64,000 bases of DNA from Opitutales bacterium (GTDB lineage: Bacteria > Verrucomicrobiota > Verrucomicrobiia > Opitutales > JABSRG01). Where the stretch lies: positions 53,988-117,987 of the forward strand of contig JBMYOQ010000006.1 in the NCBI GenBank assembly GCA_049599475.1. The letters run 5' to 3'. The notes beneath the pieces were generated by a model. It saw only the letters and a list, made by a program, of their open reading frames with translations, searched no databases and was not told where the DNA came from. Position 1 is the stretch's first letter. Every line of letters begins with the position of its first letter. Both the position numbers and the translations under genes were made by a program. Below, one piece after another: positions 20,380-29,796 of the stretch.

Positions 20380-23060
20380 TCGGAATCGATGAGATCGAAA
20401 AGACGTTCGTAGGTTGCTATGGAAATCCATTTGGATTCCTCTCCGTATCCATTATCGGGAACACAATAACCCATAAAAGATGTGGTGCCCGCAGGAATGA
20501 TAAACGGTTGGGTCCGGGTGCTGGGCTCGACTACTATGCCGTGGTCTTCAATACGTGAAGGGACATCTGGGTCTAGATCATCAATACTTGCCGTACACCC
20601 TGGAATGTTTGGGGCGTGATCGATTCCGAAAGTGTGTGCCAGCTCGTGGGCAAAGACTACCCCAGACCCAGATTTGGCCAGGAAGCGTTTGTGACTGTCG
20701 AACCAATAGTCCTCTACTCCATCGTGGGCCATACCTCCCCAGCGATATTCGCCATTGAAAGGAAGCAGCCCACACCAGATGTAATCTTCACTGTCTTCGT
20801 AGTCGTCTGCGATGTCGTCGAGTCGATCCAGTAAATTGCGCGTATCGCCCCAACGCGAGAGATCTTGAGTCGTGGTTCGAATGGGGAAATCAGTCGGAGT
20901 GAAAAGGCGAAAGCCGTTTTCCTTAATCGGGAAACGAGCTTGGGCTCCTATCACCGAATTCCAGAATTGAGCTACTGATGGGGCGGGTAGGTTTTGCACT
21001 CCATCTGCGATACGAATTAGAGCGATTTTAATGTTTCCACTATTCTGAAATTCGAATGATCGCTCAGGGACTCGCGAAATTTCACCGTAATACGGATTTC
21101 GAAAGTGCCCGCTTTCGTAGATACTAGCCTTAATCATTACGACTCCCGTGAGTTTTTCGATAGGGAGAACGAAATTAAGGCTGTGATCGATTTTACTCCG
21201 ATCTATATTTTCGCGAGATTGAGCCGCAGTAATTTGGTCCGGGTTTACTGGATTGCTGATACGCTGAAAGGTCCCATCAGTGTAGTGAAGATTTAAATCA
21301 CCCGAAATGTTCGCGAGGGCTCCCGGGCCATCGCCAAAATTAAAGCTGTCTTGAATTCCTGATACAGGATACACTCTTGCTAGCGTCGACTTTTGAGCTA
21401 CTAGGAGAACTTCATTCTGTTTTGATATATTATCAAAATCAAAATTCTGTATGGTTTGGGTAATCTCTATACCTAGATTGTTGAGGTCAGAGGGCGTAGT
21501 AAGTCTTACGGAAATGAATCGATTGATCGTCGAACACGCGTTCATCGCGGTCAATTTATAGGTGGCCGATATACTTTCACTACCGGTGAATTCCCCTAAA
21601 TTGTCATTACCAGAGGTTGGGCCATCTATTTCCGCGTTGGGGCCAAATAGCCCTGTGCGTTGAATTGAAACGGAATCTGCATTTTCAACCTCCCATCGAA
21701 GGGTCAATTCGGTGCCGACGTCTACGTCCACACTTCGCGAAATCCCATTAATCGAAAATTCTCTTATAATAGGATAGCTGCCTAGGAATCGATTGACCTG
21801 ATTGCACTCTGCACTTTGCGGCGCGTAGGGATTCACCAAGGGTGTACCTGGTTTTCCGAGGCATTGGAGTTGTTCATTGTACTCAGTTAGAGCCTCTTTG
21901 TTGCGCTCGTAGATGTCACGGCGCCGGGCTTCGATCTGAGTGTTTCTAAGGGACACACAGACTTCTCCTATCCGCCGAGGACACTTCACCCGTATTTCAG
22001 TATCGGACCAGAAAGTTACCTCCGCTTTCGCTGTTCCGAAGATGACTACCCAGTCGCCTTGTTCCTCACCAAAGCCTTCTCCTTTGATCGTAACTGGTTG
22101 GGTGAAGCACGCACTTGTAGGGCTTATGGATGTTATCTGATGGCTTGAGATGGCATTTGGCATGAGCTCAAGTTGATGGAAAGAGCCGCGCATCAGTTCT
22201 GTGCAGGTGTCATGAAAGTCATCGCACGGTTCTCTGGGAGGGAGCGATGGAGGTGACCCTCCGCCTGGGCCGCAAGGTGAAGGAGCTCCGGGCATGCCGG
22301 GCTCCGGGGGAGGCCAGTTGGGCGGGTAGGTCGAGGGTGTGTCGTCCTCGGGTATGGGTTCTCCCGGTCGCGAATGAGGGCGTGTCCACTGGGAATCCCA
22401 TTTGGGTAATGATTCCTTGTACCCACTCTTATCTATGATTTCGTCTAATGCATCATTGAAGCGAGTGCCTCGGTCTCGTTTGTCTCTTTGGGCCCATAGC
22501 CCGAAGGCATCTATGCAACTGATTTGTGAATACAGATGAATAATAGCATTTATCTGCAGACCATAGAGGTCACGATTGTGGCTGTTTAGATAATGAGCTG
22601 CTTGATACAGTTGAACGATGCGTTGCCTGGGTATTAGCGGGATGTCAGGGCATTTCGCGCGAAATGCTGGACGCTCGCTTTTGATGAGTTCCGGAGGCGT
22701 ATTCGAAAGATCGCGAGCAATCGCTATTTTTTGGAGCTTCGTATTGAAGGTCTCGATCGCTAGGCTGTTTCCTTGGTAGATGCCCTCTATCAAAGCATAT
22801 AGCTCTTCTATAGGGCGTACTTGGTCATAAAGGTGACGCTGGAAGCGGGCAGCGATTCTGTCCTCCTCATCAGATTGAGGATATTGGGCGAATGCCTCTC
22901 GAAGATTCGTGATGGGGGAGCCATCCCAGAAGCCTTCCCAATTGAGGGCCTCGATTTTATCCTCTGAATAGCCTTTGTCAGAAGAATCATCCGACACTTC
23001 TTTAGGTGACCAGAGCTGTTTGATCCAATGGAGGAATAATTTTAGGAATTTGTTTAACAT
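20376..23060 (-). CDS. Multidomain metzincin-like zinc metalloprotease with Pro-rich linker and IPT/TIG domain
   Basis: HELAHTFGIDH (HExxHxxGxxH) and Met-turn SFMGY. IPT segment ITSISP...IKGEGFG...WSDTEIRV. Confidence 0.75.
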   Translation of the reverse strand: MLNKFLKLFLHWIKQLWSPKEVSDDSSDKGYSEDKIEALNWEGFWDGSPITNLREAFAQYPQSDEEDRIAARFQRHLYDQVRPIEELYALIEGIYQGNSLAIETFNTKLQKIAIARDLSNTPPELIKSERPAFRAKCPDIPLIPRQRIVQLYQAAHYLNSHNRDLYGLQINAIIHLYSQISCIDAFGLWAQRDKRDRGTRFNDALDEIIDKSGYKESLPKWDSQWTRPHSRPGEPIPEDDTPSTYPPNWPPPEPGMPGAPSPCGPGGGSPPSLPPREPCDDFHDTCTELMRGSFHQLELMPNAISSHQITSISPTSACFTQPVTIKGEGFGEEQGDWVVIFGTAKAEVTFWSDTEIRVKCPRRIGEVCVSLRNTQIEARRRDIYERNKEALTEYNEQLQCLGKPGTPLVNPYAPQSAECNQVNRFLGSYPIIREFSINGISRSVDVDVGTELTLRWEVENADSVSIQRTGLFGPNAEIDGPTSGNDNLGEFTGSESISATYKLTAMNACSTINRFISVRLTTPSDLNNLGIEITQTIQNFDFDNISKQNEVLLVAQKSTLARVYPVSGIQDSFNFGDGPGALANISGDLNLHYTDGTFQRISNPVNPDQITAAQSRENIDRSKIDHSLNFVLPIEKLTGVVMIKASIYESGHFRNPYYGEISRVPERSFEFQNSGNIKIALIRIADGVQNLPAPSVAQFWNSVIGAQARFPIKENGFRLFTPTDFPIRTTTQDLSRWGDTRNLLDRLDDIADDYEDSEDYIWCGLLPFNGEYRWGGMAHDGVEDYWFDSHKRFLAKSGSGVVFAHELAHTFGIDHAPNIPGCTASIDDLDPDVPSRIEDHGIVVEPSTRTQPFIIPAGTTSFMGYCVPDNGYGEESKWISIATYERLFDLIDSE

Positions 23061-23105
23061 TGGTTAATTTTGTATTCAAATTCTTATTCCTCTATAGTAG
23101 CTAGA

Positions 23106-25679
23106 TTAACGCCATTCGTGCTTGGGATATCTTCCAGCGAGATCTTTTTTAATTTGGGGATAGCTGCGTTCCCAGAAGCCCTCGAGGTCGTTGGTGAGCT
23201 GGACGGGACGGCGGTTGGGGGCGAGCATCTCGATGGTGAGTGGTACTTCTCCTTCACAGATAGACAGAGCGCTGGGTGCTAGGTCGTAGAAGTCTTGTAC
23301 CATGCTGGAAACGACAGCTCGCGGGTGGCTGGACTCGTAGCGTAGTTTGATGGGCTTATTGCGCCGGGGAAGTTGAAATGTTTCGGGTGCCAGGTGGTCG
23401 AGCAAGGGGTGCAGCATGTCAGGTAACCACGCTTTGACAGCTGGCCATACGGGCTTGTTTTCAACCTCCTTGAAACGCGTAGTTCCGGCGCAAATTTCGG
23501 TCAAAATCATGCGTCTGCCCTCATCGTCGATGGGAGAAATTCCGGAATCGGGTTTCCATTGAGCTACGCAGTTTACGCGCTCGATCCACTGATCGACTGC
23601 GTGGTCCCATTGCTTCAACTTCCAAGAGCCACTGAGAATCTTATCTGCGAAGAGCTCCGCAGCGCTGTCTGTATCGATATCTGAAGTCTCTTTTTCTTCG
23701 AGAACCAGCCCCAAGTAATTGCTTTGTTCAAGGCCGATGAGTGCTTGTTTGGTGTTGTCGAAATGGGCAATTTTTTGTGTCTTTAGGGCTTCTGGAAAAA
23801 GCGACTCGAGCCACGCCGGCTCAATGGCCGCCAGACCGTTGATGAAGGTGTTCACGCCCTTTGCCGTGGTCCGCTCGTCGATGTCTGTGGCGACAAAGAG
23901 GGGAGCACTTTGCACCTGAGACTCCCGTCGAATATCGCCGCGTCTGTTCCCCACGAGTTCGCAGCGAAGGGTTCCGCGATCCAGACGTTTACCGACTTGG
24001 TCAGGGAATCCTGCAAGGATGGACCGAGCAATCGCTGGGTGATTTGTCGAATCATTGCGGGGCTCGATACCCGCGCGCTCGGCTTGTTGGATAAGTTGTT
24101 GGGCCGTGCGTGCGGCCTGCTGTGCGCCGGTAAAGTGGATGCCCCATTCGCGACAGAAGCTAGGGTTGAAACGCTCTTGCTCGAGACGATCCCAGATAGC
24201 AAGCAGGGCGATGAAATCTGACTTCTCGGAATCGGGTTCGTCTTCCCACCATTGGCGTCGCTCGCGATCTTTGCGACGGTCTTTCAGGGGAAGGATAATC
24301 GATCGTCCCTGGACAAGTGCCGCGATCACGATGACGGCGTCCACGCAGCCTTGATTCTCGGCCTCGCATAGCATGCGACTGAAGCGTGGATGCAAGGGGA
24401 AGTGCGACATGCGTTTGCCGAGACCGGTCACTACGTTTTCCGAATCGATCGCGCCGAGCATCTTCAGCAGGGCAAGGGCGCGCGCCCAGCGATCGGGGTC
24501 GGGTTGATCGAGCCAGGGTAGACCTTCGACGTCTTCGATTGTGCTCGCCAGGAGGGTGAGTGCGATTTCCGAAAGCTCGATACGCTGTATCTCGGGCGCT
24601 TCTGCCGCGGGGCGTCGTCCATGCTCGGACTCTCCCCACATCCGGACACACATCCCGGGAGCGGTGCGCCCGGCGCGACCCGAACGCTGGTCTGCCGAGG
24701 CCCGCGAGATGGCGGTGGCGTAAAGGGTGTTGAGGCCGCGACGGGGATCGAAATTGAGGGTGCGTGCAAGGCCGGAATCCACCACTTTAGTGACGCCGGG
24801 AATGGTCAATGAGGTCTCCGCGACGTTGGTTGAAACGATGATCTTGGGCCGCTTGCCCGGAGAGAGGACGGCGTCCTGCTGAGCGGGAGGCAGGTCTCCA
24901 TAGAGGGGGAGAATTTCGAATTTTCTCAGAGCTGCGTGTTGATTGAGCGCATCCACGGTTTTGTGAATCTCAAAAGCTCCAGGCATGAAAATCAGGCAGC
25001 TGCCGGTTGGGTCTTCATCGCACAGATTCTTGGCGTGGTAGGCGGCTTGCACCCAGACAGGCTGGCTATCGACGGCTCTTGGCTGGGCTGCATATCGGAT
25101 ATCAACAGGGTAGGTGCGCCCAGATCCTGACAGCACGGCACACGGCTCCATGTGCGACTCCAAGTCTTCCTTCTGCAGGGTGGCCGACATGACCACCAGC
25201 GCTAGATCGGAGCGGAGTTCCCTCTGGGTGCGCAGTGCACAGGCGAAGGAGACATCTGAGAACAGATTGCGCTCGTGAAACTCGTCGAACACTAAGGCGC
25301 CTACCCCTTCCAGTAGGGGGTCATCGATCAAGCGCTGAAGAAGGATCCCCTCGGTGACGAACTCAATCCGCGTCTCGGAAGATACCTTATGGTCGTGGCG
25401 AACGCGGTATCCCACGGTCTTTCCGGCCGCTTCTCCGCGCTCCTGCGCTACTCGCTTGCCCAGCATCCGAGCCGCAATCCGCCGAGGCTGAAGGACGATG
25501 ATAGACTCCTTGGGGCCCACCAGGCCCTCGTCCAAAAGCATCTGCGGCACCTGGGTAGATTTACCCGAACCTGTCTCCGCAGACAGGACCACGCGCCGCG
25601 GGCCTTCTGAAGATAGCGCGGAGACGAGATCGGCCCTCAGGGCCTCTATGGGGAGTTTAAGTTTTGCTTGGTCTTTGAT
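23106..25679 (-). CDS. hrpB: ATP-dependent RNA helicase HrpB (start uncertain)
   Basis: TGSGKST, DEFHER, MSAT, TNVAETSLTI, QRSGRAGR, C-terminal GRYPKHEWR. The typical N-terminal LPI lies upstream of the track's GTG (25592). Confidence 0.93.
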   Translation of the reverse strand: MKDQAKLKLPIEALRADLVSALSSEGPRRVVLSAETGSGKSTQVPQMLLDEGLVGPKESIIVLQPRRIAARMLGKRVAQERGEAAGKTVGYRVRHDHKVSSETRIEFVTEGILLQRLIDDPLLEGVGALVFDEFHERNLFSDVSFACALRTQRELRSDLALVVMSATLQKEDLESHMEPCAVLSGSGRTYPVDIRYAAQPRAVDSQPVWVQAAYHAKNLCDEDPTGSCLIFMPGAFEIHKTVDALNQHAALRKFEILPLYGDLPPAQQDAVLSPGKRPKIIVSTNVAETSLTIPGVTKVVDSGLARTLNFDPRRGLNTLYATAISRASADQRSGRAGRTAPGMCVRMWGESEHGRRPAAEAPEIQRIELSEIALTLLASTIEDVEGLPWLDQPDPDRWARALALLKMLGAIDSENVVTGLGKRMSHFPLHPRFSRMLCEAENQGCVDAVIVIAALVQGRSIILPLKDRRKDRERRQWWEDEPDSEKSDFIALLAIWDRLEQERFNPSFCREWGIHFTGAQQAARTAQQLIQQAERAGIEPRNDSTNHPAIARSILAGFPDQVGKRLDRGTLRCELVGNRRGDIRRESQVQSAPLFVATDIDERTTAKGVNTFINGLAAIEPAWLESLFPEALKTQKIAHFDNTKQALIGLEQSNYLGLVLEEKETSDIDTDSAAELFADKILSGSWKLKQWDHAVDQWIERVNCVAQWKPDSGISPIDDEGRRMILTEICAGTTRFKEVENKPVWPAVKAWLPDMLHPLLDHLAPETFQLPRRNKPIKLRYESSHPRAVVSSMVQDFYDLAPSALSICEGEVPLTIEMLAPNRRPVQLTNDLEGFWERSYPQIKKDLAGRYPKHEWR

Positions 25680-25754
25680 CCTCTCGAAAAAACGCTAGCA
25701 GCGCTAAGATGTGAAGAGAATTCAGGGTATCCGAATAACACTTTTTTTGATTAT

Positions 25755-25840
25755 CACGCAAAGACCCCGAAGACCCAAAGAACTAGCTGAAAGAGATGTT
25801 TTCGGTTGATTTCTCTACTTCGGGCCTTTGGGTCTTGAGC
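25755..25840. repeat. Short inverted pair of degenerate ~8-mer repeats
   Basis: CACGCAAAGACCCCGAAGACCCAAAG ... CTTCGGGCCTTTGGGTCTTG. Confidence 0.45.
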
Positions 25841-25866
25841 TTTAGCGGGCGAGGGAAATTAGAATA

Positions 25867-26517
25867 TTACAGTGAATCCCAGATTATCAGAGGATATTCA
25901 AAGAGGATCGGAAATTTCTCTGTAAGTATCTCCAGGTCTCGAGTCTGCTCATTTTCGAATTCATGGTATCCTCCGGTGGGAATCGTCATGCCAAGCGAGT
26001 TTTTACCCCATGTATGTTTGGCGATGATACTCCCAACATAGAGCGCTTTGCCTGCTTCTATTTTAAATGGAATCGAAAAATCTGATTTTCGATTATGAGT
26101 GACACTAAACGAGCCGCGATTGTCGTAAAACGAGTAGTTGTAAAATTCGTAATTTCCCTCGGGAAGACGTAAGATAAAGACTTCTCCTTTCCCTCCTTTG
26201 ATATCGAAGTCTGTTTTGTTGCCGATCCCCATGAAAGATCTTAACCCATCCGCGACATTGCCTTTGAGCTCGTTTCCTGGATCAGTGGACCTGAAATAAT
26301 ACCCATAGCTCGAATACCTGTCGTTCGCTAGTTGGCCGAAGAATGAGGGGTTCTCCCCTTGGTATGCAAACGAGCCGACCAAGAATCCTTCGGTGGGTCC
26401 CATAGGATTTTTCTTCAGATCTTCATTTGAAAGTGTGCTCTCGTAGGATGTTACACATCCAGAGAAGAGGCTGGCGATAATTAGCAGAACAGGTAGGAGA
26501 GTTGTGCGTGTTTTCAT
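25867..26517 (-). CDS. Hypothetical lipoprotein
   Basis: MKTRTTLLPVLLIIASLFSGC lipobox, LPEGNYEFY, FKIEAGKALYVG. Confidence 0.75.
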   Translation of the reverse strand: MKTRTTLLPVLLIIASLFSGCVTSYESTLSNEDLKKNPMGPTEGFLVGSFAYQGENPSFFGQLANDRYSSYGYYFRSTDPGNELKGNVADGLRSFMGIGNKTDFDIKGGKGEVFILRLPEGNYEFYNYSFYDNRGSFSVTHNRKSDFSIPFKIEAGKALYVGSIIAKHTWGKNSLGMTIPTGGYHEFENEQTRDLEILTEKFPILFEYPLIIWDSL

Positions 26518-26614
26518 AATATGCAAACTACCTGCTTCACAGGTTTCCTTTTGGAATACCAGTCAAAATCTGGATTTGCACTCTAGCAGTTGATTATTTG
26601 TATCTCCAAAAACT

Positions 26615-27754
26615 TTACGCCGCTTTCATGACAAGCCTGAGGCCTTTCTCCAGTTGTTCGAGTTGATCGGGGCGCCCGGTGCTGATGCGGAGGTAGTTTT
26701 GGTTGTAATAGTTTCTTGGGCTTATTTTGACTTGGCTACTGTAGAAAATGCCGTCGGCTAGAGCTTTGCTGTCTTGTTTTACCGGGACCAATACAAAGCC
26801 AGCCTTCGATGGGATCGGCTCGAGATTGAGGTCCTGAAGAAGTGCTGTAATTTGATCGCGTCCTGCTGCGTTTTTTTTGTAAACGGTTTTCAAATACGAT
26901 TGGTCTGAATAGGCGGCCAATGCTGCTTCTATTGATAGCCGCGATGCTCCGCAGCCGATTCCCGTGACGTATTGTGAACCGACGCCTTTGGCGAGTTCTG
27001 GTGGCGCGATTGCGTATCCGACACGCATGCCGCCTAAACCATAGCTTTTGGAGAAGGTGCGCGTGACTACGATTGGGTAACCCTCTTTCACCAACGGTAT
27101 CATGCTGAGTTTCGTGGCTTCTCCCGCATAATCGATGTATGCCTCGTCGACTACGATGGGGCACTTCTCGCTCATTTCCTTGCAAAATGAGCTGAGCTCT
27201 TCGGGGCCCAAGAGAGCGCCTGTGGGATTCTCAGGATTACAAATATAGATGAGACCGGTCTTCTCCGATACAGCATCTTTGAGTGCATTGAGATCGATCC
27301 CATGCATGCTGTTGTGTCGAACTGTCTTCAGGGTGGAGCCGACTTTCTCCGCCACGCGGCTCATTATGTGAAAGCTTGGGTCCGCGCTCACGATCTCGAT
27401 GTCTTTCAGGCCGAAAAAATAGCCTGCGCCATAAAGCACATCAGCGGATCCTGCTCCAATGAGCACATTATCTTTGTTGAGGCCGTTGAGCTTCGCAATG
27501 GCGTCGGTGAGCGCGACTCGCGGGATGTCTGGATATTCATGCGATAGGCCGGCTGCTTTGACAATGGCCTCCGCCACTTTCGGCGATGGGCCGAACTGGT
27601 TCTCGTTTATACTAAGATTAGTAAACGGGTAACCTGTGTCGGGCGTTGCAGGCGCGCTCTGAGCATGAGCACTCCGTTGAGAGACGGCGGCACTGGCAAG
27701 CAGGCCGGTGGCGGATAAGCGTATCCAGGAACGGCGATCGAGATTGGGCATCAT
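26615..27754 (-). CDS. Tat-exported PLP-dependent aminotransferase (HisC-like class I/II)
   Basis: Twin-arginine signal LDRRSWIRLS...AHA, NENQFGPSP, CNPENPTG, VDEAY, RTFSKSYGLGGMRVGY. Confidence 0.88.
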   Translation of the reverse strand: MMPNLDRRSWIRLSATGLLASAAVSQRSAHAQSAPATPDTGYPFTNLSINENQFGPSPKVAEAIVKAAGLSHEYPDIPRVALTDAIAKLNGLNKDNVLIGAGSADVLYGAGYFFGLKDIEIVSADPSFHIMSRVAEKVGSTLKTVRHNSMHGIDLNALKDAVSEKTGLIYICNPENPTGALLGPEELSSFCKEMSEKCPIVVDEAYIDYAGEATKLSMIPLVKEGYPIVVTRTFSKSYGLGGMRVGYAIAPPELAKGVGSQYVTGIGCGASRLSIEAALAAYSDQSYLKTVYKKNAAGRDQITALLQDLNLEPIPSKAGFVLVPVKQDSKALADGIFYSSQVKISPRNYYNQNYLRISTGRPDQLEQLEKGLRLVMKAA

Positions 27755-27791
27755 ATATGACCCCGAGCATCAAATGTTCCGGTTTTTGAAA

Positions 27792-27951
27792 GGATGAGGG
27801 ATGAAGGATGAAGGATGAAGGATGAAGGATGAACTGATTTTCTTTGAGGCTCTTACGCGTCAACATCTATTCGGGAAAATACACCTGTTTCACATCCAGC
27901 AATTACGCTTTCATCCTTCATCCCTCATCCTTCATCCCTCATCCTTCATCC
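27792..27951. repeat. Inverted pair of heptamer tandem arrays (GGATGAR)6 / (YTCATCC)6
   Basis: 6 units at 27792-27833 and 6 complementary units at 27910-27951, 76-nt spacer. Confidence 0.95.
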
Positions 27952-27994
27952 TTTTACTACCCTGGCACATCGACTGCTTTTTGAGCGCGACCCA

Positions 27995-28816
27995 ATGATA
28001 CGAATAGAAACTCCCGAAGGCTGGATACTCATAACCCACAAAGACCATGCGCGCTTGGCTGGAAAGTTCGCGGTGGCATGGGATTGTAGCCGATTTGAAT
28101 TCCCTGAACCGCGTAATTCGGTGCTGCTCGGAATCGCGTCTCATGACGACTCCTGGCAAGAGCCCGATAGTATGCCGTCGATCACTAATGATGGGACGCC
28201 GAGTGCTTTTTCCAAGGAGCTAGTTGGAAGCTATGATGCCTTTGAAAATATCGACCTTCCCGCCTACCTTGAGGTGCGCAAGATGGCTACGGAAGCCTGT
28301 GCGAGCAAAGATCCCTTCTCGGCTCGGATGATTTCCATGCATACGGTAAGCCTGTTGACCGATCATGCCGACTTGACCACGCTTTCGGAGGAGCAGCGTC
28401 CGGTGCATGCCGCATTCATCGAGGCGCAGAAGGTGAGGCAAGCGGAGCTCACTAAAGCCAGTCCTGAGGAATATGCGTCGGAAGCTCACTTTCAGGCAGC
28501 TTTCGAGTTGCTGCAAGCCTGTGATAGCTTGTCGCTCTATTGCTGTGCATTGTTCCCGGAGCCTGGGGCTCTTCAGCACACGCATCCTATGAAGGGGGCC
28601 GAGGAGCGGGTTCGTATCACTTACACGCCGGTTGATGAAACTACTTTTGCTTTAGATCCCTTTCCGTTTTCTGGAGACGAGATGGAGTTTGAAATCCCCT
28701 GCGTTCGAATTTTGGGTAAGCAATTTGACTCCTCTGAATCTCTGAGAAACGCTTATAACGCCGGAAAACGAGAGACCCTCTCGGTGCGCCTCGTTTCTGG
28801 AACCGTCTCTGAATGA
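27995..28816 (+). CDS. DUF3891 family protein
   Basis: WILITHKDHARLAG, IASHDDSW, ISMH, QACDSLSLYCC, LDPFPF. Confidence 0.8.
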   Translation: MIRIETPEGWILITHKDHARLAGKFAVAWDCSRFEFPEPRNSVLLGIASHDDSWQEPDSMPSITNDGTPSAFSKELVGSYDAFENIDLPAYLEVRKMATEACASKDPFSARMISMHTVSLLTDHADLTTLSEEQRPVHAAFIEAQKVRQAELTKASPEEYASEAHFQAAFELLQACDSLSLYCCALFPEPGALQHTHPMKGAEERVRITYTPVDETTFALDPFPFSGDEMEFEIPCVRILGKQFDSSESLRNAYNAGKRETLSVRLVSGTVSE

Positions 28817-29796
28817 TGAAATCGATGCCCGCTCTAATTCCCCTTCTGGGGTGCTTGCTGCTTGCCCTATTCTCGGGTTGCGCGACTCCTTCGAAGCAGA
28901 CTTTAACACCCGTGGTCATGCAGTTGGACTGGAAGTTCAATGTGCAGTTTGCCGGTCTTTACCAGGCTGTAGAACAGGGCTATTTTGAGGACGAAGGCCT
29001 GGCTGTTGAGCTCAAAGAGGTGCCGAAAGACTATGATATCTTCTCGCCGGTAGTGGGACATGCGGATCTTCGCTTTGGGTGCTCTGAGAGTAATCGTATC
29101 CTGATGGAGAGTAGTGGCGGAATGCCCTTAGTTGCCTTGGCTACGATGTTTCAAGGCTCACCGATGGGGTGGATCTCCTTGGAGTCGACGGGTATTGAGT
29201 CGGTTGCAGATTTTCGCGGCAAGAAAATCGGGGTGCATGAAGACGGCGTGTTTGTCATCGATCTAGCGCTCAGAAAAAATGGACTCGCCGATGTGCCTTT
29301 TGAGACCTTTGAGGTGGGGCACAGTCCGGAAGCGCTGCTTTCAGGAAAAGCGGATTTGGTTCAGGGATATGTCCTCGATGAATTTGTTAAATACAGAAAA
29401 GTCAGCCCTGAGCCACTGCGGATTGTGATGGCTAAGGACAACGGGTACCTTGCCTATTCCCAAGTGATTTACGCGGATAAAGCGACGGTCGCGAAATACC
29501 CTGAGAAAACACGGGGATTCCTGAGGGCTGTGCAGAAAGGATGGGAGTATGTGGACCAAAATCGCGAGGCGACGGTTGATTTGGTCCTATCGAAATATAG
29601 CCCGCAGCTGGATCGCGATTACCAACTGGAATCCCTCGATGAAGTCATGAAACTCGTTAAGCCTGAAGGGATGGTTGCTTTATCCCCGATGGATCGGGCC
29701 GTTTGGGAGGGCAGTATGAATGAATTTATCGGTGTGGGGCTTATGGAAGAAGCTGCGGATTTAGATGCACTGGTGACCACCGAATACAACCCATGA
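28813..29796 (+). CDS. NMT1/THI5-like ABC substrate-binding lipoprotein
   Basis: Lipobox FSGC, QLDWKFNVQFAGLYQAVEQGYFEDEGL. ATGA overlap with the upstream gene. Confidence 0.88.
   Translation: MMKSMPALIPLLGCLLLALFSGCATPSKQTLTPVVMQLDWKFNVQFAGLYQAVEQGYFEDEGLAVELKEVPKDYDIFSPVVGHADLRFGCSESNRILMESSGGMPLVALATMFQGSPMGWISLESTGIESVADFRGKKIGVHEDGVFVIDLALRKNGLADVPFETFEVGHSPEALLSGKADLVQGYVLDEFVKYRKVSPEPLRIVMAKDNGYLAYSQVIYADKATVAKYPEKTRGFLRAVQKGWEYVDQNREATVDLVLSKYSPQLDRDYQLESLDEVMKLVKPEGMVALSPMDRAVWEGSMNEFIGVGLMEEAADLDALVTTEYNP

Noticed and set aside
27618..27866. ORF with ILHPSSF repeats (also 53786-54109)
   Set aside because: These are translations of the heptamer arrays.
27792..27951. Possible CRISPR array
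   Set aside because: 7-bp tandem units without spacers, and no cas genes in the window.
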